This document shows, in pieces, positions 24,021 to 37,209 of a stretch of 64,000 nt of DNA. The notes beneath the pieces are model-generated. The model saw nothing but the letters and a program-made list of their open reading frames with translations, was not told where the DNA came from and did no database searches. Within the stretch, counting starts at the first letter, position 1; every line of letters begins with the position of its first letter. Source of the stretch: the human T2T-CHM13v2.0 reference genome, Homo sapiens; the NCBI RefSeq assembly GCF_009914755.1, contig NC_060926.1; one strand, written 5' to 3'. The translations under genes were made by a program, and so were the position numbers.

Positions 24021-26109
24021 ATGAAAACATGATGGAAAAACAAAAGAGTCAATACTTGAGTAAATGAATGTTTGAAAAAAACAACTAACTACTCAGTAAT
24101 TATCAAAATAAAGAATTAAAAACCTCTGTGTAATTTCAGGGAATAAAAAATATTTGTTTAGCTGGAAAAAGTGACCTCTCCTCTCATACTCATTCTTCAA
24201 ATCTTTCCAACCCAAATGGCCCATGGGAAGAATTTAAAAGCTTCTATTTTATGTGTAAACTTGTCTCTTATTCATGTCTTCCTTTCCTCAACCAACAGTT
24301 CTACCTGAAGCTGTCCAAATCCCACTCCCTTTGGTATGTATTTTCCTAATGTAGCTCCCCTCTAAACCACACAATCTTGTGTCCACCCTCTATATTAGAT
24401 GCCTGTACAGTGCTTTCCACTTAGAAGGGTCTCAATGAATAAATGTCAAATAAACAAATAGGCAAAAAGATAACATATTTTTCAGTCTTTCAATAGTGTC
24501 ATATTTCTTAAGAGTAGCATGCATTCAAAGACATGGCAAGTCTCACAGATATGAAGTCCTGTGTGTTATGTGTTCGTTTTCATTTCCCTCTCCACGCCTA
24601 GCTCAGAACTAGGTAAATTTAAGACACCTAAGTGCTGGTCATTTTATATGCAACCTCAAAAGACGTTGGCGAATAGATTCCATATTCCACGAGATGAAGA
24701 AATGCCATCACAAGGTCACTAGCACAGCAGTTAGTTATCACAATCTCCTTTCTGACCCCTTTCCCCTCTTTCTTATATTTCTCAAAGGTAACCTCATGCC
24801 TCTGAACTTCTTGCCATACCAAAGGTTGTTCTTGGGAAAAACCAACAGTAGTGCCATGAGTGGAGTCATTTGAGTCATAGGTTCCAGCCTATGGTATGTA
24901 TCGAAGCAAAGGTATCTCTTTTCTCTCCTAAAGTAGAGGGTGTTTAGAATCTATTAGCAAATAAAAGAATATTCTGGGCAGTTGAATGCCCCTTTACTGT
25001 AGTCGTAAAACAGAATAGCTAACTCTCATACACAAGGTTACCTATCTTAACTGGAATCTTAACTGATGGGCTCCGATATCTACTGTTTCCCAAGCAAGAA
25101 ATGGTCTCTGATCTGTAATCACATGCACCATTTACACTGTGCATGTCATGGGTCACCAGCTATATTCACCCACAATTCTTCTTGATTGAATTAACTGGAA
25201 GAAACAAAATGTCACCTACAGTTGGCCTAAATTAACCAAGAAAATGTGGCTATACCCTGGTGACAGTGTTTTCATTTGTTTTGTTTTGTTTTCCTCAATG
25301 AAGCCAAAACCTATTCTGAGCGTCTGACAGCAAGAGTGTACAAGCTTTCAAGACTCAACAGTAAAACCAAGACACAACGTCTGCAAACACTTATCTCTAA
25401 TGGGCTTTGAAAGGCTTAATTAACTCCTGCAGGAGTAGTTCTTTGTAATGTTCAGTTTGCATGTTTTCTCAAAGGTCAAAGATTATGAAGATGGAAAGGA
25501 ATGATTACTTACTATACATGCCTCAATTGGATCAGAAGAACACTTTTAATACTTTAAATCTTAGTGATTGTTTTATTATTAAAATCCTGGAATTAACTGA
25601 TTACCCTTAGAAGGTTCAATTCAAGGAATACATTGTAAGTGGTCATGTTTGTTTTGAATATAGCTGTGGATATACTTGCAGGGCAAGGAGGGGTAGTGAG
25701 GGATTTCTTTTCTGCTCTCTCACCTTGTTTCCATAGATCAGAAACAATTAACAACACAAGTAACACCTGAGCAGAGATTTCAGCTCTGGTCTTTCTTACT
25801 GCAAAAGTGAATTCACAATGTTTGCCAAAGAACCTGTGTTGTTAGACTATTTTGAATATTTCCATTGACATCACTGAGCTTCCTGGTCAGGCTGAAGAAC
25901 TATTCTAAAAAGGATTTAAAGTTGTTATTTATTAAGATATTTTTCATGATTCATTCATTTTTATATAATAAAATAAATATTATTAAAGAAAATCAAATAT
26001 CTACTCCTGCCAATCTCTGAGGGAAAAAACAAAGGGTAGGGAAGATTCAATCTTTTTAAAAGTCCCCCAGTTTCTTACAAAACCAAGACCGGTATACAGA
26101 GAAGTGTGA

Positions 26110-26790
26110 TACGTGATCATAGAATACAAAGGGTCATATTGGGGCAAATTAGAAGCATGGGTCAATCAAGTATTGGTGAGAAAGGCACATGCTGCCCACA
26201 GTAATAGACATTTTGGCTGAAAACTAAAGGAAACAAGAAGCTGACCTGGTAGAGAGGGTTGAAATCACTTTAATCAGAATGAAGTTATACAAAATCCTTG
26301 AAGTGAGAGAGAGCACGGGGCATTTGTGAACTCAGGAAAAGCCAATCTCAGCCTGCCTAGAGCCTGTGTCAGAAGGAAAAGCAAACAGGGGCCATTCACA
26401 AGGGACTTATCTGGAGGCTCCTTGGACTCATTTAAATATTTCAATTTTAAAAGTAACAATTTACAATAAAATTGCACTTTATAAACCTGATACTGGATTT
26501 TAGAAAAGAGTAGATAGGAGGGAGAAAGCCCAGGATGTGTAGAAATCGGTTGGGTAAAGTTCTTGAGGAAATAACTGCATGGCCTCATAAAGTATAAGGC
26601 AGAGGGAAATGGAGAGGGAGTAGGTTTTAAAGATGCTTAGGATATAGAATTAATTGGGTATTTGGTGGACTAGACAGGAAGTCAAATGGGGAGATCAAAG
26701 ATCAACCTAGGTTTCTGGCTTACAGATTATTATAGGTGTTAGAGGTACCATTCACCAGGGATGGGCATATAGGAAGAGCAGGTAACTGTG
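26110..26790 (-). mobile_element. L2 LINE fragment
   Basis: Purine-rich antisense L2 motifs (ATCAAAGATCAACCTAGGTTTCTGGCTT...TACCATTCACCAGGGATGGG). Confidence 0.65.
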
Positions 26791-28031
26791 CAGGGACGTT
26801 TGTTGTTGTTGTTGTTATGAATGGAAAAAGACTGGTGTATATATTCATTTCTCTTTAATTTTTTAAATATGGAGCTAAAATACAAATTTTGCCAAATTCA
26901 CTTTTCTAGCCTATTAGTTCCTACACCCCAAAGCCCTAACTCATCACAGAATCTTTTTTAAGGTAGTTCTCTTGTCAGTAGAGCTCCTCAATTAGATCTC
27001 GTGGTTTATTACTTATTTTGAAATACAATTAATATGCAGTATATGAAATCTTTAATAGAGGTTACACGATTCGAACCAAGCTTTTCTTTTTAACGGGGTT
27101 AAAATATTTTCAATAATCCCAAAATACTGTCTGTTTAAATAAGAAACTACATATCCACCTTAGTCTAAATTTGCAACAGCTCTTTGATGAAGACAGAGAG
27201 AGTTCTGATATTTGTGATTATAGTGGAGAGAGCACAACATCTAACAGGCTTGTGACATGGCCAGGGTGATCCACAAGCAGAGACATTGTCTCTGAATCTC
27301 AGTCTCTCCAGTCCTACTCTGGGGCTCATTACTCTTCCATACAATCTGCAAAGGGCATGCCCAGATGTTGAGTTCAGCAAAGATGCATCTCATTGACCAT
27401 TAGAATCCAGCACTATCACTACCATCATTATTATTTTGCCTTGAAAAGTTTGCTGCTCTGACCAGTCTTCTGACGGGTGGAATTCTCCTTATACTTTAAA
27501 GCAAAATACATTAAAAATGCATTTAAAATGCCATCGATGGTGTTTGTAAAAGTGTTTTCCCTCAAATGAACTTTAAAGCCTGGTTCACCAACAAACTGCC
27601 CACCACTGGGAATGCATTCTAATAAAAGCACATGCATTATGGTTGTAAGAATACTTGAAACAGCATTTGCATCTGCTACAAGACTTACAATGTAATGGAT
27701 TTCTAACTAATTAGCATGATTTCCCAGACTGAATTATCCCACATGTAGGAGTAGCTGGATATAAAAATAAATTTGATTATAATATGCATAAATTGCTCAT
27801 TTCTTACAGAATTATGGCTTTTTCTTAAGTGAATGCCCAACTTCCCCAAATGGTCAATGAAAATGTGTTTCCAAATGGCTGCTCTTTTTGGGTTTGTGCT
27901 GCTTTCCGGGAGTTTGGCTACTCGTGGCAGCTGCTTTGTTGAAACATGACATGCACAGCACATCAGGCAATGAGTGTGACCTACATTCAGGATGTTTATG
28001 CGTTCTGCAGAAATTGGGTAATTTCACTCAC

Positions 28032-28095
28032 CGTTTTGTTCTTCTGCTGATGTGAGGGGTCTTGAGCATCATTTTGGGCAATAAATCCCCGGATG
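28032..28095 (-). ncRNA. Candidate 64-nt exon on the minus strand
   Basis: Minus strand reads T17-AG|CATCCGGGG...AAAACG|GTGAGTG, a strong acceptor and a consensus donor. Confidence 0.45.
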
Positions 28096-28776
28096 CTAAA
28101 AAAAAAAAAAAAAATCACAGTACTTACAGAAGAATAAGATTAAAAGGTACAAATCCACTATAGTGTATTTCTCCCAGTTCTATGCCAGGTTTTGTTAGAA
28201 TGGTATAAAATCAATGACAAACACACTCCTCTACTCCTTGGAGCTGCCACAATGACTCATACACAAGAAAATTATAGAACAAAACAAGACAGAATAGAAC
28301 CAAATGCCAAATGACCGACAACCAGTAGTATATTCTGTAATTCAGAAAAATTATTTGCTATAATTGCAAATGTATAGCACTTAATCTGGGAAAGAAACAA
28401 AGTAAGATTTGGATGGCTAGAATGTAGAAGAGACATTCCACATCTATAACCTAGTATGAAGGTAAGAAAAGCATCATTCTTTCATGTACAAATTCATCCA
28501 TTCATTACAAGCTGCTATTACATGAGAACTATAATAATTCTGTTTGTGTGATGTGTCATTTTGTTTAATATCCCATATGCAGTTTGTTAATAGGTGTTAT
28601 ACACACAAAGTGTTTCTTTGTCAAATACGTTTGGGAAGCAATGGGTAAACAAAATTAAACATGAGTATTTCAAAACTTCTCAGTATTCAGTGTTCTCCAT
28701 TTTCTTTAAATGAGAAAAAACTTTGTTTTAAATTTCAAACTTAATAGATATTCAAAAAATTTAAAAAATCATACAC

Positions 28777-29075
<299 letters not shown>

Positions 29076-29196
29076 AAAGAGCACAGCTTTCACTTAAGCA
29101 AAATAACCTATATATGAGAAGAGGGTAGAAAAAGTTTATGCTGTTAATGAAAATTTGATGTCCCCCTCCCATTAATTCCAAATTACAATAATGTAA

Positions 29197-29669
<473 letters not shown>

Positions 29670-32149
29670 TAAGAATTTTGCAAAGGGTTGCACAGTTTGA
29701 CAATTTGGTAAATCATGTTTCCTATCATTCTTTCATTGTTTTGTGTATAAATCACAGGATGAATATTCTAAGAGTAAGGATGAACATGGTCAAGAAGTTT
29801 AATACAAGTGGTAGTTGAACACCTGTCGATAGACAAGTTCAATTAATGTTTATAGATAAAGAAGGTAAGGCATTGCTTTTGTCCCAACAGGAGACATGTG
29901 CAAGGACTAAGGAAGGTTGTTTCTCATTCACCTTTTCTCAGGGGGTTATGTAAGGACATGATTCAGAAAATGAAGAATTGCTCAAAAAAGAGAAAAACTC
30001 TGGATCCAAGAATAAGTAGACCCAGCAAGGTCAAACAATGAAAAGCGTTCTTGTATTTACTTGTATATTACTATTCCGATTCTAAATCTAACTTTGGAAT
30101 TCTAGCCCCAGCTTTGAAGTTGGTCGAGAATAGATTGTGATCTTGTCTCTTCACCTTCTCCAATCTCTTCTTCCCCAAACTATATTTAATATTTTGTTGA
30201 TAGTTATAGAATGAAGTCAACTTTTCTCACCCATCTCATAAGATATTGGTTCTCATAAATCCCAAGTAACTACTAGAAGCCCCAGTTGAAACTTGAGGTT
30301 GGAGCACAATGTACGTTCTATAAAAACCTAGGGACCCCATTTATAACATAGTAGGGCTAAAGTTAGTGCTTCATGGGACAGAATGGAACACAGTTATTCA
30401 AATGCTCTTTGTTATCAGAATACCAGTACCTCTTATTCCAAATCAGCCCTGGCAAGCATGAATGAATAGTTGGTCCTTTGGCGGGCCTCAGCAACAAAAC
30501 CTAAAGGGAAATTTGCCTTCAGCCTGGAGTGGGCAGTCACAATCGCTGTGTAATTAGTGGTGACCAGCAGGAAGTTCAATTGTGTTTTTCACATGGTCTG
30601 AAGAAGCTGATTTGCCCTCATTCAACTAACCCAATAGGGAGTGTTGGACGTAAAAAATCAACTGATTCCCAAATCCCATTTTAATTATTTGTTGTAGGCC
30701 CCAGTGGCCAATTTCATCAGAGAGTTTGTTCCATTTGGGTGAGAATGCTTATTCAGAATACCATGGAGACTTATTTCCAGAGATGGCAAAAAAAATGTGT
30801 GTTCCTGAAATGAAACCTTTCCATTATTTGCAGAAAATATAAAGGCACTGCTTCTATTAACTTTCCAGCTATCACTGATTTCATTTAAGCCAAAATATTA
30901 GATTTAGTCTATTCACAATACTGTAATCACAGCGTAGTTATCGCTTTGAATTGCTGGTATTTCTACCTACTTCATTTTAGTACTTAATTTGTTTCTTTTT
31001 TTTAACATGTTATACCTCAGTATTTTAATTATACTCAGCTGAATATACAGCTGAATGCTCTCAGCATGCTTCATTATTTATATTAGTGGAAAAGCACATA
31101 AAATCAAATTGCATGCTGACATTCTATAATTTGTACTTGCATATCTCTAAAATAGATTTCTATAGATACAGCAACTATTCACAGTGGCTCAAGATATGCT
31201 GTGATTTTAAAATTTAACTGAATTTTAATGTACTCCAAAAATAAAATTTATGAGTTTTCACTAGAAAATGTCTTATCTGATTATTCATATTCTACAATTA
31301 TTAACTGCTCCTATTCTGCATTTGATTGAATTGTAAAAAGGTGAATTTCTTCTCTTCTTACCCCAGGCATTAAGCTGTAATTTCTGCACATTTTCAGTTT
31401 TCCATATCTAAATTGGAAATTATGTTAGATCTACTGAAATATCAAGTATAAATAAAATATAAACCTTTTTTTAAATAGAAATGGACATTACCATTTAATT
31501 TAGTCAGGAGCTGTATGGCCATGTCGCCTTTCTCACCGTAATTTTGTGTGTGTGTGGGTTACGTAGACACGCTTTATCAAAAAGTTGATTTAAACTCTTT
31601 CCTTTTTCATTTGGAATTAAGAGGCAGATGCCCCAGAAAGTATTATGAAAGCCTATGCTTTTATTTTTAGTACCTCTTCAGAGGACTCAGCTATGTTCTT
31701 GGGTTTGGCAAAATCATCTCTCCATCAGCTTGTCTCAGACTAGGATTCCCCAAATACATGCTTTGGTTTGGTCTTTAGGCTTATTCTCAACATTTAAAAG
31801 GCAGATAAATAGTAGAGAACACTGCCAAAATGTGTTTCTTCTTTGAATAATCAGAGGCACAGATGATATTAGTAGAAATTTCCTCTGTGATTAGAGTTTT
31901 CTCCACTGTGCCACACGTGATTGTGAGAGAAAGAAGAGAAATGGTCCGTGGAGTTGAGGGTAGAAGAGAGAATATAGCAAGCCCTTAAAGCACAAGCAAG
32001 CCAATGGAAGGCAGAATGAGCAATACAAGGGCTTTTCAGGTGGAGCCATTTTCTGAAGGAAGAGGAAAGCATATCGTGAATTTTAAAAAACAACACATAT
32101 ATAAGTAAAGTATTATAATGGGGCTTGCGATTAGTTAAAACACAAAGCA

Positions 32150-32515
32150 AGTATGCACGAGTGATGAGAAATAAGATCTAGCACCTGAGAATAGAGGGGC
32201 CTTGCACAGGTGAAGATCCTGGCTGCATTTACTTAATCTGACAGGCAATGGGGAGCTCTTGAATATTTGTTTGCAGAATGCTGGAGGTTGTCCGGGTTGT
32301 GTTGCAGGAAAATGAATCTGGCAGTGTGTGTTGGATATTGGGTATATTACTGGAGGTTGAGTAAACAATTTGGAGGCTATTAGAGCAACCTGGGAAATAG
32401 CTGATTCAATTTAAGTCCAATTTGGCGATTTAGTGAGTGCCTAAATTGAGAAGGGCACAGTGCTAGACAGTGGGTAGGCACAAGTAATAAGACAGTCTTT
32501 GTGGCTCTTTGAAGT
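32150..32515 (-). mobile_element. L2 fragments (donor of the inverted duplication)
   Basis: GGCAATGGGGAGC...AAAATGAATCTGGCAG...TGGAGGCTATT and GATTTAGTGAGTGCCTA...GTGCTAGAC are antisense L2 motifs. Confidence 0.6.
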
Positions 32516-32907
32516 CACGGACCCATGATATACTTAGTAAGTGTTGGGAGAAGAAAGAAAGGAGATCTATCAGAAAGGAGGGAACAAGGGAAGAAGGAAA
32601 CAGAAAAGGGAGGAAGAAAAGCAGGCAGAAAGGAAAGATGGGACTGAAGAAGGCTAGGAAATGATTTAACCACAGATGGAGAATAGCAAATAAAAAAATC
32701 TGTATAATTATCTGCTAATAACTATAAAAACTTTAAAGAATTACCCAATTTCATAACAAAAAATAAATGATTAAAATTAATTCATTTGCCAGAGACTATT
32801 GGGGTATAGAAATATCTGGTTTCCTCTTCTTTCTGATGACACACATATATATGAGCAGAAAGGCTGTACATCACTTACAGCATAGCCCGTAGTGACCTCA
32901 CACTCAC

Positions 32908-33127
32908 CATTCTACATCCTCCTCTGCGTGCTAGCGTAGTGGAGTAGATCTGTTTTCTCCTTCCCTTGTTCGCTCCTTTCTGATAGATCTCCTTTCTTTC
33001 TTCTCCCAGCACTTACTAAGTATATCATACATCTGTGACCTCCAGCCTTCTGCACACAAATATTCAAAAGCTCCCCGTTGCCTGTCGAATTAAGTAGATA
33101 CAGCCAGGATCTTCACCTGTGCAAGGC
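32908..33127 (-). ncRNA. Candidate minus-strand exon overlapping the inverted copy
   Basis: Acceptors TCCTCCTGTAG|G (33127) or CCTTGCACAG|G (33116); donor ATG|GTGAGT (32908/32907). Confidence 0.3.
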
Positions 33128-33128
33128 C
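32949..33128 (-). repeat. Inverted chimeric copy of 32198-32288 plus 32516-32604
   Basis: Hand alignment: 8/91 and 8/89 mismatches, no gaps; the intervening 227 bp are absent from the copy. Confidence 0.95.
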
Positions 33129-33549
33129 TACAGGAGGACTAATCCACAAAATGAAAGGAAGGTGGAACTGGGAATGCCTGAGTGAAACAAAATCCTTCCA
33201 TCCCAACATGCTGTATTAGATAGTGGCTTGAATGATGATTACATGTTTATTGTATTAAGCCATGTAAGTACGTTAGCCTACCCTTCCTGAAATGGAAAAA
33301 CATGTTCAAGAACTACCAATCAAATAGATTCTGACTTGATTGATATCATAAGCATGTTCTACCAATCATCTGAGAAAAAGATAATTGCAGATAATAAATA
33401 AAGAACCTAGGTTTTGGGAAAATATCCTGACTGATTTTAGAAGTTGTAAAAACTTGACAATGTGTGTGTGTGTTTATGAAACAACCTAATTTATTAACAT
33501 AGATGTATGTAAATGTAACATATGTATAATTTTATAAATAAAATTTCAG

Positions 33550-35520
33550 GGATTATAATCTATAATTGTGCAAAATTTATTCTGAGCAAGAAAGGACACA
33601 AAGTTAAAAAAGTCTAATACATTTTATTACTCTAAGTGGTAGGCTAAGAACTACAATATTATCTTGAAGAACACTAAAGGGTGTTTGATAAAAATTGAAA
33701 TTCACTTGTAAACTTAAAAAAAAAGCTTTAAGTAAAATTAAAACAGAAAGTAATTAACATGAAAAATATATATATAACTGATATCATCAACAAATATCGC
33801 AATAGAGGCCTTCATATATATTAAAGTCTGTTATAAGGAGTGAGGAGTGCTTCCTATCACTATTATTATTCTATAATGGTATGAATTTTCCAGGGGAGTG
33901 GAAAGAAAAATAACACAATAAAAAATTAAAACCAAATTTCAGTAATTTTAAATAATAAGATTGCTGACCTATACAATGTGAGATAATCAACTGAAAAATA
34001 GTTGGTTTCACTATATGACATGTCAAGATATTAGTTGCTTAAACAATAATATTAATACACCCTTCAGAAGCTTACTAAAGAACACTCACACACACACATA
34101 TATGGGAAAATGAAGAGTCATACAAAGTTCTTATTTAAAGATAAAGACATGGTTTTACCTCTCCCCAAAAATTTTCTTATTAAGTTAAAATTTATTCAAA
34201 ACTCTACTTAATTTAATATTGGGAGATAATAAAGTGATTAAAAATGTCATCAAGAAGAAAGAGGAAGAAACAATATCCAACATCATTTTTTAAAAGTAAA
34301 GTCTGTAGTATACCGAAATTTGTTGCAACATGTATTTAAAATGCATTGTGGTGTTTTAGTATTGGAAGTAATATGGTAAAGAGCTATTTCAAATAGAAAA
34401 CGGTGGATCTTTCAATGATTATCATTGACACAAACAGCTGATTGTTTATAAAAAGAAATAAAATAACATCCCTACCTCACACTTTATTCACACACAAATT
34501 TCTAGCTGGAGGGATATGTAAATGTAAAAATGAACGAATCAATTAATAAAAATGGATTACTAATATAAGAATGAGTATTTCTATAATATTTAGGGTGCAG
34601 AAAATAAGTAAAATAAGACATAACAGAGCAACACTTCTTAACACTTCAAGTTTAAAAAATCATTAAAACGAAATTGAAAAATATTAAATGTATTTACAAC
34701 ACATATCAACTCAAGCAGTGATTATGTTAATACATTATTGTGTTATTATAAAGATCTATTGCCGTATGATAAGATAAACAACAAATAAAAAGAACTGAAA
34801 AGGTTAAAAAATAGAAACAGGCACTTTACAAAAGGCCTATGAACATGTAAAAACCGCACAAGTATAATCATAATGAAGTGAATGCAAATTACAACCAGAA
34901 TACACTATTTTTCTCTATCAAGCTGGCAGAAACTATAAAAAGAGAACTGCCAGTGTTGTCAAGGGTTGGAGGAAAACAGAAATGCTTCCATAGTGCTGCA
35001 GGTGTATGAATTGGCACAACCTTCCTGAGCAGCCATATGCAAAGCATTTTAAAAAGGACTAAGAATGTGCAGACTTCTGATTAGTAATTTTTCACTTCAG
35101 GTAACTAGCAGCACAGATATAAGTAATAATTTACAAACACTATCACATAGAGTTTTCCGGCAACATTTTTTATAATAGCAACAACAAAAAAGAAAAAATC
35201 AGTTAAATTTTCAATGGTAACATCATGGTTGGCTAAATGTGTTCATAATATATATTTAGTTTTAAAGATATAGTTAACGTATATCATAAGATGGAGCAAT
35301 CTCAATTTGTATCACAGACATAGGTAGATGCATAAATTTTTGCCTACACACACATACCACACACACATGATTACATGCACTAAACTGGAATCATAATGGA
35401 AGAAAATGATTCTGTGATCACTTCTGAGGAGTGGACTTAAAATTTTTTAAATTTCTTTGGCTTACATCTATTTTATACTTTTTCTAAGATGTGCCAAATA
35501 GAATTGCATTTAGGAAAACA
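33550..35520 (+). mobile_element. Old L1M (L1ME-like) ORF2/3' fragment
   Basis: A-rich sequence with degenerate L1 motifs (CCCTACCTCACACTTTATTCACA; GAATGCAAATTACAACC; GAATTGGCACAACCTT). Confidence 0.6.
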
Positions 35521-36120
35521 AATATGTTGTTTTAAGATACAAAGAAGCCCAGAAAAGATATTGTAAGAAAACAGTTATCATATTCTTCTTATGCGATAAA
35601 AATACCTGACTTGGGTAATGGAAATATCAAATTCATTGGTGGTCAGGAATCTTCCTCTAACTAGGTCAAATTAGGTTATACTCCATGACAAATCGCTTCC
35701 TCTGTGTAAGCCTCACGTTATTCCTTAGCAAAAGGAGAAGATTCAACTATACGTTTCCTGAAATCCCTTGAGATTTCATGATTACTGAAAGTATGTTGTA
35801 CACACATGTAATTTATTTGCATTGTTTTAAACTCTCTAATTTTCTCCCTAATATATAAGCTCCTGTGCCCTGATTCTTTGCTGAGGGAAAAATTATACTT
35901 TCTCTTTTGTTATCAAAATACAAGATCTGGTCAAGTAGGGGGGTCTAAAACAAAATAAGTGAGTCCCATCTCCATTGCTCTGATCAGAGAGTGAAGAGAG
36001 GAGTCACACAGGGACTGGAGGAATCTATGCCTGTGAATGGCTAGTGGAGAAGCTGCTCCGTCACACGAGGAGAAAAGCAGAGAAGTGTATGGAGCCAGAA
36101 GAACTTTGAGCAACAGAAGT

Positions 36121-36250
36121 TGGGTGACCATGTAATTTATCTCACAAACAGGGACTTTTGGAGAATTTAAGGAGTATTTACTAAAAATTATTCTGAAACA
36201 ATAGGTAAAATGAGACTGTCCCAGGAAAAATAGGACTTAAGATCATCCTA
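36121..36250. mobile_element. MER94-like hAT-Blackjack MITE
   Basis: TIRs GGGTGACCATGTAATTTATC ... GATCATCCTA. Confidence 0.7.
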
Positions 36251-36615
36251 AATATAAGTCCTGGAATTTGGGGAAAAAATACTCTTCTCCCTGAATAAAA
36301 CCTAAGAAGAAAGAAAAGAAGTTACATTTAAGTGATAAAATCTGTCACTGAGGGACATTTGAGAGAAGTTTGCTGGCCACTAAGAAGGTGCCACTCTCAT
36401 ACAAACTGTAGATCTGTTAACTTTCCAATGATGTGAGACCTTCCTGGATTCAACTTCATACTCATATGGAGGCCTGCTGGCTGGAGTATAATTTACACTC
36501 CTAATAAAATTTTAAAGAACATAATGATTTGTTTATCATACCACCATAATTCCTTGGGTCACTAAACATGTTCCTACGTTTAACTATACTTGTAGAGTAT
36601 CCAGCACACGACACT

Positions 36616-36710
36616 GAGTGACCAACCATTGTCGTTTGAGGACAGGATATGAGACTTTCAATGCTAAAACCAGGATAGTTCCTGGAAAATCGGGATGGTT
36701 TGTCACCCTA
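36616..36710. mobile_element. MER81-like hAT-Blackjack MITE
   Basis: GAGTGACCAACCA...GACTTTCAATGCTAAAACCAGGA...GTCACCCTA. Confidence 0.7.
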
Positions 36711-36819
36711 CCAACAGATCAAACCTCCCTCTGGTAAGGTACTCAACTGATTTTCTCTCTATTCATTTCCATATTTTGATGTTTCTGCTCTCTAAATTGT
36801 GTCCAAATTGTGCAATAAG

Positions 36820-37209
36820 TATTGTGGGCTGAATTGTGTCCTCCCAAAATTCATGTGATGAAGCCTAATCCCTAGTACCTTGAAATAGGACTGTTTGGAG
36901 ATAGAGTCTTTACAGAAGGAATTAAGGTGAAATAAAGCTTTTGGGGTGGGCCCTAATCCAATATGAATAGTGGCCTTCTAAAAAGAGGAAGAGACACCAG
37001 AGATGCACAGGCACAGAGAAAAGGCCATGTGAAAACCAGAAGAAGACAGCAATATGCAATCCAAGGAGAGAGGTTCTCAGAAGAAACCAATCTGGTGATG
37101 ACTTGGTCTTGAACTCTTACCCTCCAGAGCTGTGAGGAAATAAATTTCTGTTGCTAAAGTCCCCCCAGCATGAGGCACTTTGTTATGGCTTCCCTAGCAA
37201 ACTAATACA
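36820..37209 (+). mobile_element. MLT1B-like MaLR solo LTR
   Basis: TGTGGGCTGAATTGTGTCCTCCCAAAATTCATG...GGGCCCTAATCCAATATGA...CCCTAGCAAACTAATACA. Confidence 0.88.

Noticed and set aside
32289-32515. Skipped 227 bp as a spliced-out intron, making the inverted copy a cDNA
   Set aside because: Nearby GT and AG exist, but canonical splicing would give CTGGAG-TCAC whereas the copy has CTGGAGGTCAC; microhomology fits better and there is no poly(A) or TSD
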